Origin: Podarcis bocagei
Lineage: Eukaryota
Reading direction: 5' to 3' (one strand)
Assembly: GCA_964188305.1 (NCBI GenBank)
Contig: OZ076901.1
DNA: 64,000 bases
Position numbers and translations under genes: made by a program. Below the pieces are notes generated by a model. It had not been told where the DNA came from, ran no database searches, and saw nothing but the letters and a program-made list of their open reading frames with translations. Below are positions 1 to 12,359 of this stretch, piece by piece (position 1 is the first letter of the stretch; every line of letters begins with the position of its first letter).

Positions 1-3000
1 TCCCCTCCCCACAGGAAAGCAAGTTAGCACATTCTGCAGCAGCAGAAGCCGTTGAACTGTCTTCAAGGACAGAAGAAAATCATGAAGACTCGAATCCTGA
101 ATGATGGTTGCCAAATCAAAACCTGAAATAAAAGACAGATGCATACCTGAAGCATAACTATCCAAAAATTGTATTAAAGGCCTTCAGTGATGGATACTAT
201 CTATTGATACAAAACCCTCTTGCAGATACCACCAGCTTTTTAACTCCTGCTCTTGCCATTGAAGGAGCTTCAGCTATGTGAGTTTTATGACGAATCTGGG
301 GTGTCATTATGAGAACATTCATAAGAAGTGACAGCACTTTGGCTCAAAGATGCAACAATAACATACCTGAACAGGCCTCTTGATGGAGGATTTTGGCAGG
401 GGTGCAAGCAATTTTGCAACCCCACCTGTGTCCCAGAGCAAGCGATCCATATTGCCGGCTTCCCGAAAAGCACACGGAAGCAATCACCACCTTTTGACAG
501 CAGACAATTAACTCCTCTGGAAAATGTGTGGCCAGATAAATCCCATAATGCACAGCTGCTGGACAATTCAACTGATGGATGGCATGAGACAGAGTCTTTT
601 GACTTCTGAGGACCCTGGCATCAAGCCAGTCTGCAGCAGCAACGATGGAAGGATGGATGCCACCAACCTGCCGCCAGTCTAACGGCTGCTCAGTGACCTC
701 TGTGATGTGACTAATTTCCCACTGGACAGATGTCAGGGCTGGGGGGGAAATGCCTGGGTCCCAGTCACTAATTGCCCTTTCATTTGGAGAAGAGTTTTGG
801 CTGCAACAAAGCCTGGGAGGCTAATTTGCTTCTAGGTCACATTTGAGTAACGCTGTTGATACAGTCTTTCCTTTTGCCTGTCCTGAAGCTCCTGGCCTTC
901 AGCTTCATTGGACGACCCTGACTGGATTCTCGAATGATGATGAGGGAGGGAGAGAGAAAAACAAGGACTCTCTGTCCGCTTCCTCCATGCTATGAAATTG
1001 TGTACCAGTTTGGAAACCCAGCAGACCTTCAAGATGCAAATTCAGATTTTGAATATTTAAATGTCAAATGTAATCATTGCTCACTTACGAGGGACTAAGG
1101 CTGGGACCCTTCTCTGAAGCTGGTTCTGCAGCTGCCTAAAGAGACCACAACTTAAAATTGGGTAAATTCATTCATAGCAGAGAGAAAGTTCAGTTATGCA
1201 GCAGGATATTGTATAATAATGGCAACAAGGGAGGTCTGGGACTTTCCCATTTGCTTACATGTTATAAGGTGTTCCAAGTCAGGAATCTTGTGTCTTTCAT
1301 TCAAGTTCCAGGAGGAAATCCATGGACTGATATAGACCTGGAAGACCAGAAGTTTAGGGTATGGCCTTTTCTTACTATTATCTAGAATTAATTTGCAAGG
1401 TGAAAAACCCTTAATTTGACATTTTTAAGCAACATGGTTGTGAGTTATGTTGTTTTATGTGTGATGTGACAAAAGAAAAATAATAAAAACTTTTTTTTAT
1501 TTTAAAAAAGGGGGGAGGGGGGAAGAGACTGGCTTCCACAGTGTTCCAGACCAGGTAGAAATCCATTAAGCAAAACCACTAGGAGGTTTTATTACAACCA
1601 AATGCTGTGAAATAAATGAAATAATTTTTTGTTGATATGAAAGAAGGCTTTCAAAGCCAGTTTGATAGGGCTTGTCGTGGCCGCTGTTTAAAAGAAAACA
1701 CCCACTGGGAGTGCTTTAAGCATTTTAGATCCCATTCCAAGCGTTAAATCTTAGTGGTTAAATTTTAAGTCAGCAATATGAATGCACATAATACAGGGTT
1801 GTGCTTTTTTAAGAGAAAAGAAAAGAAACAAAGTTTAGATCAGACAGAATACATTGTTTGGAGTGGTGTAAACATTAAAATTAGGATAACCTCAACTTGT
1901 ATGTAATGACATACATTTCCTTGGCTGCCTACCTTGACTACCCACCTGTTTCCAGGTGTTCCTGTGTGGCTTCTTCCTCATCTCCAAGGAAAGGCTTTTC
2001 CATTCCTTTATTTGCAAACTCTAGAACTTCTTAAGGACACAATAATTTGCAAAAAAAACCACCTGTTTGCGGGTTTTGCTGGCTCCAAAGGTATGGGAAA
2101 TGGAAAGGGTGCCATCTGCTGACAGTCAAGAATATTTCACTTGCATTGCCAACCAGTTTAGTGCTTTTCAATGGTGAAAGGCAGCAGCTCCTTTGTGTAT
2201 TACCGGTAATAAAGTCTTGCAGGACCACTAGCCCTTCAAAAGGGTGATTGTGCTTGATTGCTAGATGAGCCACCGGTCCTTTACTTACTGTTTGTACACA
2301 GACTGACTTCAAGCGCTTGAGGGATGGTCTCTCTCCCATTTTTGATGTGCACAAGAAATGCAGTTTTAAATATGCTTCTAGCAGGTTTTTAAGTTGCTTG
2401 GTAGCCATATGAGGAAATCTGGTTGGAATGAAAGAAAAAAAGTAAATTGTTCATTTTGATGAATTCACGGGGTGAGCTGTTGTCTTTCAGTCCCTGAACA
2501 CTCTAATGAACATAATAACATTGACCCTGGTGCCACAGGGCACCATAAAGCTATGTTGTTTATATGCTAACTGGCAATTCCTCTGGTGCCCAGAGGTTTT
2601 AACATCTTTAGGCATTTCGGTTCCTTGTGACATTTCTCAAATGATTAAATTGAATCTAAATAGATCGGTGACAAATCTCTCTTGATTTGGAAAGATGGGC
2701 TTTACTTGGGCATAGCGTTTGGGGTAAGGCTAATATAATTTAAGAGGAACATTTTATCACAGATAATTTATGTGTTTCGTGGTATTCCTTTCTATATCCC
2801 CCAAGTGTATTTTCAAAGGCATTTCAGTTTACATGGGGAGGGGGGTTCCTGCTCACCTCGTTTTTCACTTTAAAAGACGCCGTTGCCATTTTAAAAGGGA
2901 GGTTCAGTTTTCCAGATCTTATTTTATATTGTACCGCTTAGTCCGTGCAAATGGTTGGAGAGTTTCTCTTTCTACAAATAAATAATTTTGGAGATGGCCT

Positions 3001-3681
3001 ATTTTGCACTTCTCTTCGGATGAATGGCATTCGGGTTTGCATACACATTTCCACCTGCAATGACATCAGACAGGGAGCCATGGGGTTTAATGCTTCATCA
3101 GTTACATTCTCAGCCACCCCCTGAAGATCCCACTGCCCTTTCTATTTCAGAATGCATGCTCGTCAGTTTCATACATTGGTTTAATTTAGATACTTATTTC
3201 GACTTTTGGAATGCCTATATTGATGCACACGTTTAAAACTGATGGAATATTATTATTGCCAGTGTCGTGGATTTTGTGATTGTTGTGAATAAACACAACC
3301 ATTTTGCCAAAGGCAAAAGAAAAACACACACCAATAAATAAATTTCAGAAAGGGGCAAGATTGGACCTAGATGCACAAAGCATCCTCTCCCCTCCAAATC
3401 AAGACTTCTTTGTGCTCCACTTTGCTCCACCTTTCTTCCCACCCAGGACCACCCTTTCCTCTGCCTGCCCCTCAGAGCCAGTCTATCACACAGGACTGTG
3501 GACCTCAGCAGCCACAGCCTCTCCTCCTCCTCGCCCACTCTCCAGAAGCTGCTACGAGCTGCCCAAGGGAGGAAGTTCACAGCAGAAGCCATGGAGAGGC
3601 AACAAGATGTTCCCTCACAGCTGGCTCACCCTCCTTTCTGAGCCTGGCAGCGGCAGCACTGGCAAGGGAAATAGGGACATA

Positions 3682-3890
3682 CAGTGGTACCTCGGGTTAC
3701 AGGCGCTTCAGGTTACAGACTCCGCTAACCCAGAAGTAGTACCTCGGGTTAAGAACTTTGCTTCAAGATGAGAACAGAAATTGTGCAGTGGGAGGCCCCA
3801 TTAGCTAAAGTGGCACCTCAGGTTAAGAACAGTTTCAGGTTAAGAATGGACCTCCAGAATGAATTAAGTTCTTAACCTGAGGTACCACTG
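3682..3890. mobile_element. Tc1/mariner (pogo/Tigger-like) MITE
   Basis: TIR CAGTGGTACCTC/GAGGTACCACTG with TA TSD. Confidence 0.87.
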
Positions 3891-3980
3891 TACTGGGATC
3901 AAATTAGCAGCCAGGATGGCTTTCATAATTTTAGGATTGTTCCTGGAAAATCAGGACAGTTGGAGGGTATGCCCTTATGT

Positions 3981-3986
<6 letters not shown>

Positions 3987-4059
<73 letters not shown>

Positions 4060-4063
4060 CACA
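3987..4063. repeat. (CT)n(CA)n microsatellite
   Basis: Seen directly. Confidence 0.95.
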
Positions 4064-4845
4064 CTTTTAAACCACATACATATCCTAAGACCCAGCCCCC
4101 ATCATCTTAATTTGTCCAAAGGCAAATTTGCATCATGGGCCTGTGCTCCCAAGTCCTTTAAGTACCCCAGGAATCAGCTTCAATCGCTCTTCAGGGAGAG
4201 AAAACCCATGCATTAGTTGTCATTGCGCCGCTCAGCTTCAGCCCCTGATGGAAGATGACAAGGAATCGGATGTTTCTGGGAGAGAAAATGCAATGATGAA
4301 TCATATTAGGCTATTTCATTTCATTTCGTAAGCAGAGGATGCTTGGAGTCATATGTCTTGCCCAATGGGTGTTGTCTTTCGAGCTTTCCAGATTTTCTTG
4401 ATCGGCTTCAAGTAACTGTCATGTGAAATTGTAATGGATGTAGGAACTTGCAATTTGCCTGGCTCCGCGCCAGACTCCAGACCCTGGGATAGATGACCCA
4501 GCCTTCGATTCCAATAGGAAAATGCATTATAGATGCAAAGGATTCCACTGTTCATGAACAAAACAGGGGATGTGGCATGCCCTTCTTTCAGATGAAATTA
4601 AGAGTTTTGAGAGGCATCTGTCTTACAGGCACCAAATAAGGTTTCTTTAGGATTGTACCACTGAAAAGCCTGTTCTGTTCCCCTTCTTTTCTTTGAAGGT
4701 AGATTGTGCCTCACTGAAGCAATCTCCAAGCGCAGAACATAGTACACGAGTGTACTTTAAATTGTCAAAAAGCTATTTTGCTTTAAAGTTTGTCTAAAAT
4801 ATCTCTTTCCTCCAATCAAATGCATTTGCTTATCCATAACATAGA

Positions 4846-5084
4846 AACAACAACAACAACAGTTTTATTATTTGTACTCTGCCCATCTGATTGCTTGCCC
4901 CAGCCACTCCGGGAGGCTACCAGCATATACAAAAGCATAAAAAAATCAAACATTTATAACTTTCCTATACAGGGCTGCCTTCATCTGCCTTCTTCTAAAG
5001 GTTGTATAGTTACTTATCTCTTTGACATCTGATGGGAGGGTGTTCTACAGAGAGGGCACCACTGCTCAGAAGACCCTCTGCCTG

Positions 5085-5132
<48 letters not shown>

Positions 5133-5582
5133 TTGCTATTTATATCCCACCCATCTAGCTGGGTTTCCTCAGCCACTCTGGGCAGCTCCCAACAGAATAT
5201 TAAAAACACGATAAAACTCCCCTAAACAGGACTGCCTTCAGATGTCTTCTAAAAGTCAGATAGTTGTTTATTTCCTTGACATCTGATGGGAGGGCATTCC
5301 ACAGGGTGGGAACCCCTACCGAGAAGGCCCTCTGTCTGGTTCCCTGTAACCTCACTTCTTGCAGCGAGGGAACTGCCAGAAGGCCCTCGGCGCTGGATCT
5401 CAGTGTCCGGGCTGAACGATGGGGGTGGAGACACTCCTTCAGGTATACAGGACCGAGGCTGTTTAGGGCTTTAAAGGTCAGCACCAACACTTTGAATTGT
5501 ACTCAGAAACGTACTGGGAGCCAATGTAGGCCTTTTAGGACTGGTGTTATGTGGTCTCGGCTACCACTCCAAGTCACCAGTC
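4846..5582 (-). mobile_element. Two adjacent L2 LINE 3' fragments with (AAC)n/(AAT)n tails
   Basis: LVLTFKALNSLGPVYLKE...RAFSV...LWNALP, the L2-clade ORF2 C-terminus. Second copy begins at the (AAT)n run 5088-5131. Confidence 0.85.
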
Positions 5583-5629
5583 AAGTCTGTTCACATGGGG
5601 CAGTAAATAAGAGATTTATGTTGTTACTA

Positions 5630-5757
5630 ATCATAGAATTGTAGAGTTGGAAGGGACCCTGAGGATCTAGTCCAGCAAGAATATACAGCTGTCACCTATT
5701 GGGATCGAACCTGTGACTTTGGTGTTATCAGCACCACGCTGTTACCAACTAAGCTAT
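5630..5757 (-). mobile_element. tRNA-derived SINE with CR1-type tail
   Basis: TAGCTTAGTTGG A box and GGTTCGATCCC B box, then ...CCCTTCCAACTCTACAATTCTATG. Confidence 0.65.
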
Positions 5758-6540
5758 TGCATCCACTGAACTAATTATGATTAAACAGAAGCTGGCTCCA
5801 TCAGCAGAGAGGTTGGTGTCCAAAGTTGTCTAGCATAATCCTGGCTTCCTTTAAAAGTCTAACTAGACAAGATGATGGATATCCATGATTCCATCTCCTG
5901 TCTCCTCAAATTGTAAAGATTAGCATTTACATGAAGCATGTCAGTTTCTTATAATGGCTGTTATAAAGCACAGCCTGTCCACCAATTCAGCAGAGCAGCC
6001 CTGACTTATAGGCAGGCGAGGATCTTTTCCCTTTTGGTATTTGCTTTCCTTCACTCGAGCACAGAGCCAAAGGAACTGTTGTGAGTTTTACTCAAAGAGT
6101 AAAGCTTTACTCAAGCATAGAGCTAAAGAGATAAATGCCAGGGGAACAGCTGCGTTCTGTGTCGTCGCCGTTCCTTTGAGATTTTCAGCATGCTCAAACA
6201 GCTACTCCCAACAGGGCACTGCATGAATTAATGCATTTGTGGGGAAAATATTATTGCTCGTGTGTATTTTTAAAGCAGCACCAGTGTGCCTGCCTCTTCA
6301 CAATGAAACATAAGTCAACAAAGGACAGGTTCTAGGCCTTGTGCATTTACAGTCTAGCTTCCAAGAATGTTTGAGGCAGCAAAAGAAGGGGAACGGAGGG
6401 AGAGGTGGAAAAGGAGAGACCAGTTGGAACAAGTGCAGTGACATGTCCTGAGGGCTTGCTTCCACTGTGTGAGGGCTACCAGATTTAGCCAAAGGAAAAC
6501 ATGGGTTCTAAGTAGGTGTGGGGAACCTTTCACCCTGCAG

Positions 6541-7093
6541 ATAATAATAATAATTTACTATTTATACCCTGTCCATCTGGCTGGGTTTCCCCAGCCACTC
6601 TGGGCAGCTCCCAACAGAATATTTAAAATAGAATCAAACATTAAAAACTTCCCTAAACAGGGCTGCCTTCAGATGTTTTCTAAAAGTCAGGTAGTTGTTT
6701 ATTTCCTTGAGATCTGGTGGGAGGGTGTTCCACAGGGTGGGTGCCGCTACCAAGAAGGCCCTCTGCCTGGTTCCCTGTAACATCACTTCTCGCAGTGAGG
6801 GAACTGTCAGAAGGCCCTTGGAGCTGGACCTCAGCGTCTGGGCGGAATGATGGGGGTAGAGATGCTCCTTCAGGTACACTGGGCCGAGGCCATTTACAGC
6901 TTTGAAGATCAGCACCAACACTTTGGATTGTGCTCAAAAACATACTGGGAGCCAATGTAGGTCTTTCAGGATCGGTGTTATATGGTCCTGGTGGCCACTC
7001 CCAGTCTAGCTGCCACATTCTGGATTAGTTGTAGTTTCTGGGTCACCTTCAAAGGTAGCTCCAGGTAGAGCGCATTGCAGTAGTCCAAGCGGG
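6541..7093 (-). mobile_element. L2 LINE 3' fragment
   Basis: SRLDYCNALY...LQLIQNVAARL and KAVNGLGPVYL. Confidence 0.87.
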
Positions 7094-8832
7094 ATGTTAC
7101 TGAACTACAATTCCTATCAGCTCCAGCGAGCATAGCCAATGCCCAGGGATGATGATGGGAGTTGTAGCACAGCAACATATGGAAGCCAAAGATTTCCCAC
7201 ACCTGGTTTTCAAGATGGTTTTGAGAGAAAAGAAGGGAAGGTGGTATCAGGCAGATATTGTGGGAATCAGCTCCAGGAATAAAGAGCAGCCAAGCAGCAA
7301 GGACCTTTTGGGTGGCTGAAGGAGGTAGAGTAGAATCAGTAGAGTCATGGGCAGAGAGTGTATGAGAAATAAAGGCATAAATTTTGGGGGAGTAAGGATG
7401 TGGAAGGAGATGGGGAGTTAGTTCAAGGACTTGGGCAAATAAGCCAAACCACAGCCATGAGATTACTGCTGCCTTGACCAGAGGAATGTCCTGACCCCAA
7501 AAAAAATAATGAAAGAGTTTCTGTATCTTGCACTTCATTCAAGTGCAGGATGCTCCTAATTCCCCAGAGGAGTTACAAGAAGATGAAAGATTGCAAGTTT
7601 CGAAGCTCAACAAGCACACACACACTCAGCACTTCAAGCCGGGGAGTCTGATTTTGTTGTTTCCCTCACTTTGCTTTTTGCCAAGATGCATAACAAATTG
7701 GTCATAAATCAAGAGCCTAAATGATTTGGGAGACAGGGGAGAGAATCTGCTTTGCAAATGACCGTACACAAATTTCATGACAGCAGACTCAGTAGATCTT
7801 TTGGAGGAGTGAGCTTAGCATCCCTGCACTTAGGGATGTATGTCACCGGCTAATGAGTCAAACATTGCAGAGATGCAGGAAGTGGACACCATCCTTTGCC
7901 AGTGCAGAAAAGAAACAAGCTGGCAACAGATTTCTTTTGCTAGAAGTATTCCACCTGTACCAAGAACTTTAGAACCATACAGGGCAAGTTTAGAGCTCAT
8001 TTCTGTGTTCTTTGCTTCCAGGAAAAGAAAAACCAGTTTGCAAATAATATGGAAACAAGTGCTAAACCTGCACTGCATTCCATTATAGTTCCAGGCGTGA
8101 CTTTTACATTGTGCGAAAGCTCAAATATATGTGGAAATTAACAGTTTGGGGAATGTTGTGGAAATGGAATAGACCGCCATGTGAATGCAGCTCACACACA
8201 GAGAGGTCTCTGTACATAGGTCCTCCTTCCACATCTTAGTTTACTAGTTAAAAAACAGATCTGTACTATTCTGCATCTTGCATATGAAAGAAAATGCAAT
8301 GATGTGCCTATAAAAAGCCTTCTACATCCCAACGGTTGCTAGCACTGTTTGTCAGTCTAAGGCTGGTCCCCCGAGAAAACAGCATCTCTCAGAAACCTGC
8401 TGAGGTTGCCCAGGTCCTCCAGAAGCAGATCAAAGCTGAATGTGCTGCTTATATCCCCCAGACAATGCTTTTCCCCTCCCAATATTGGCTTCTGTTTTAG
8501 GAGAGGAGCTAGACAGAAATGCCCCAAGGAGAGATGTGTTTCCTGGAGACCTGCTTTGAATCTGTTGCTTTGGTAACCCCCCCCCCCACACACACACACC
8601 TCCCCAAAGAAGAAGCTGTGGAAGGGACCTTCCAGCACATTGTATAGCACATTGACAGAAGTTGGGAGGCTGCGTGCAATTGTTTTGGGCTGGCCCTCAT
8701 TCGCTACTCAGGTCTCGGTCTCAAGGAATCAAACTACCCCTGACTATGGCTTAGCATTCTTCTGGGACTGCACAGGTGAGTTCTTCCCAAGGTGTGCCAA
8801 ACGTTGTGCTAGCCATGCTGGAGACAGAGAGC

Positions 8833-8834
<2 letters not shown>

Positions 8835-8888
<54 letters not shown>
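8835..8888. repeat. (GA)n microsatellite
   Basis: Seen directly. Confidence 0.95.
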
Positions 8889-8890
<2 letters not shown>

Positions 8891-9887
8891 AAAAATTTGA
8901 GTTATATCTTTGGTTAGGCCTTTTTACATAACCCACTTTTCGATTAAGCAGTGTATATATAGCCTGTTAAATGAAATAAACAAATCAGTTTGGACCAATT
9001 CAGCTGCCACACAGTAGCAAGCAAGTTTATGGGTTCCTCCAAATGCTTCCCCATGATAGAGCAGCAAGGAATGATGAGACACAGGGCAGGAAGCCTACAT
9101 TTGCATGGAAACCATTTTTATATATGAGAGCCAGTTTGGAGTGGCTGTTAGAGTGCTGGACTAGGACCTGGGAGACCAGGATTTAAACCCTGGGTCAATG
9201 TACCCCACTGCGGGTTCCTTTAGGGAAAGGAATGGGTGTTGATGTAATAAGGAAAAGTGCTGTTTTTCTAGAAAAAGAGGTGCTGAAACTGTTAGAATTT
9301 CTATTAACCTGTTGGAGGATATTCCAAAACCCCACAATCGGGATTCAATCCAGAACTTTGGGTCCAGTACGCTTCCAAGAACCAGGCCCCTTAATCAGCA
9401 GAGCATCATGTGGCTCCCAGGTCAGTGTAGAAATAAATCACAGGATACATTCAAGTACAGACAGAAATATTTTACCATTGTTCTTAAGCATAACCAACTG
9501 AGCTCCAGACTGATTTGCGAGTTTTGAGCAATAAACTTGAGTTAACTACTGTCAGAGTTGTCTCGCTTCTGTGGGAGAGACCCAACCATTACATGTGACT
9601 TGCCTTGGGACCTTGCCATGGAGGGCAGTCAAGAATTCTAATTGATTGATTGATTGATTGATTGAGCGGGAAAAATCTAGCTGTGATGGAGAAGCATCAA
9701 AGCCTGCACCTTAAAATAGTCTGTAACTTGCCATGCCAATCTCTGAGTGGTGAGAGACTCCAAGGAGGCAGGGGAAACACAAGCGACTTCTTTGGATATG
9801 CTACATCATGGTACTTAACTAGCCAACCATTACTTCACCAAAGGAACTGGTTTGACAGGCTTCCTCTCACATATTCTACACTCATGT

Positions 9888-10429
9888 AGAGTGGTGCATG
9901 CTCTAGTTATCTCCCGCTTGGACTACTGCAATGCACTCTACGTGGGGCTCCCTTTGAAGGCGACTAGGAAACTGCAATTAATCCAGGATGCAGCAGCTAG
10001 GCTGGTGACTGGGAGCGGCCACCGGGACCATATAACACTGGTCCTGAGGGACCTGCAATGGCTCCCAGTACATTTCCAAGCACAATTCAAAGTGTTGGTG
10101 CTGACCTTTAAAGCCCTAAACGGCCTTGGCCCAGTATACCTGAAGGAGCGTCTCCACCCCCATCGTTCAGCCCAGACACTGAGATCCAGTGATGAGTGCC
10201 TTCTGGTGGTTCCCTCACTGCGATAAGTGAGGTTGCAGGGAACCAGCCTTCTTGGTAGCAGCGCCTGCCCTGTGGAAATAAACAACTATCGTACTTTTAA
10301 AAGGCATCTGAAGGCAGCCCTGTTTAGGGAAGCTTTTAATGTTTAATGCTGTATTGTGTTTTTAATATTCGACTGGGAGCCACCCAGAGTGGCTGGGGAA
10401 GCCCAGCCAGATGAGCGGGGCATAAATAA

Positions 10430-10474
<45 letters not shown>
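9888..10474 (+). mobile_element. L2 LINE 3' fragment with (TTA)n tail
   Basis: VVHALVISRLDYCNALYVGLP...LQWLPV...FKVLVLTFKALNGLGPVYL. Confidence 0.9.
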
Positions 10475-10476
<2 letters not shown>

Positions 10477-10589
10477 AAGATGCAAGGTCACAGGTTCATT
10501 CAGACTGACCACCCTCAAACTCATAACAAGTCTTAAGTTCAGGCACAAAAGCTATTATGCAGGCTGAAACATTAGTACCTCCAAGCCTC

Positions 10590-10930
10590 TTGGGCTCACC
10601 GATCAGAAGGTTGGCGGTTCGAATCTGGGTGACGGGGTGAGCTCCCGTTGCTCTGTCCCAGCTCCTGCCAACCTAGCATTTCGAAAGCATACCAATGCGA
10701 GTAGATAAATAGCTACCACTGTGGCAGGAAGGTAAATGGCATTTCCGTGCACTCTGGCACTCGGCAAAGTGACCTGTCGCACCAGAAGTGGTTTAGTCAT
10801 GCTGGCCACATGATCCGGAAAGCTGCCAGTGGACAAACGCTGGCTCCCCCGACCTGAAGTGAGATGAGTGCCGCACCCCAAAGCCAAGTCTGACTGGACT
10901 TAACCATCCAGGAATCCTTTATCTTAACTT
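10590..10930 (+). mobile_element. Sauria SINE, 5'-truncated
   Basis: GATCAGAAGGTTGGCGGTTCGAATC... body homologous to the 55230 copy. Confidence 0.85.
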
Positions 10931-11516
10931 TGCTATACAAATAAGATTTCAAGTTGCACCAAAGAAACAGAATGACTGTTCCTCCCCTCCTCTTTTTTAA
11001 AAAATCTAGGAGCCAGCAGTTATTTACGTCTTTCCCCCCAGTGCTAAGTGGCCCATCGAGGGATCCTTTGCTAGGCACAAAGCAGAGGGAAGAAAAACAG
11101 ACTGGGCCTCCATTTAGCAAGGTTGGCAGGTCATTTCAGGTGGCTGTCACAGAGATTAACTGCCCATCCTTTACATCAAAGAGAACAAAGGTGAGCAAAT
11201 ATTTCCACCTGCCTGCTACCCACAATGCTTTGACTTCATCAGTAACCATTCCAAAGGGGTCATGTTGCCAGAAACATTCATCTTTTAAGGCGCTACACAC
11301 TCCTTGGGCTTCTCCACACAACCTGTTTTATACATTCTGATTTGCTCTCACAAGCCCTACACAATGGTTAGCTCTTTACTGTCAGGTGTTTATTGAGGAT
11401 TTGTTCTCATTTGTTTACAGAGTGGTTATATGTCAATGAGCATTCATCCTGATTGGCTTGTGGGTTGTTTACACATCTTTCTGCTTATTTATTTATTTAT
11501 TCATTCATCCCACACT

Positions 11517-12042
11517 TTTATTTTTTTAAAAAAGATATTTATTGAAATTTTACAGACAATAAAAAGTTACAAGATTAAAAATAAGAAATAAAAAAGAATA
11601 ACAATAATAAAAGAAAAAGAGATACAAAAATACAAAGACAAAACACATAAAAAGTAAGAAAAAATTTAAAAAGAAATCAATATTTTCATGTCTTATATTT
11701 CATTTACTTGTTTCCTGACCTCCTCACACACCCCTTTTTTGTATTCCAGTTCACATAGTTAATTCAGCAAATCCTTACCCTCTATCATTTATCTTTACTC
11801 AATATCTTAACCTATTATAACTATATATTTAAAACCATTATCAATCCGTATTCACATATTCTTGTTAATCTTTTTACCAATACCGCTTATTTTCAATCCA
11901 ACATCCCTTTAACATTCATTAATTTTACAGTATTTCTGCAAGTAGTCTTTAAATTTCTTCCAGTCTTCTTCCACCACCTCTTCTCCCTGATCTCGGATTC
12001 TGCCAGTCATTTCTGCCAATTCCATGTATTCCATCACTTTCC
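11517..12042 (-). mobile_element. 5'-truncated L1 3' end (different subfamily)
   Basis: Encodes KVMEYMELAEMTGRIRDQGEEVVEEDWKKFKDYLQKYC*, homologous to the ORF2 C-terminus, then 3'UTR, AATAAA and A tail. Confidence 0.85.
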
Positions 12043-12359
12043 TAGCTGCAAAAAGCCCAGAATTTGTTACAACAGAATGCTTTATTTTTTTTTTTTCATA
12101 TATTTCTTTATTTAGAAAAAGATATACTCCTTACATCATTATTCAAATATATACACGTACAAAAATTTCCGTCATAAGAAGAAACAGGAAAAGAAGAAAA
12201 AAAGACAAAGAAAAAGGGAATAAAAAGAACAGAGAGAAAAGAAAGAAGAAACAAATAACAACCAATATTACAAATACAAAACTTCCGTCCGTCTGGTTTT
12301 GGAAATTCATAATCTTACATTAATTCGCAGTATTACTAAAACACTATACGTCGATGCTT

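Noticed and set aside
60-3660. Short ORFs at the left end as exons or a pseudogene
   Set aside because: No recognisable protein motifs and no consistent splice-phase chain.
5630-5757. tRNA-like sequences (also about 9127, 31070, 31882, 44060-44126, 55230)
   Set aside because: Degenerate SINE heads joined to LINE-derived tails; no intact cloverleaf.
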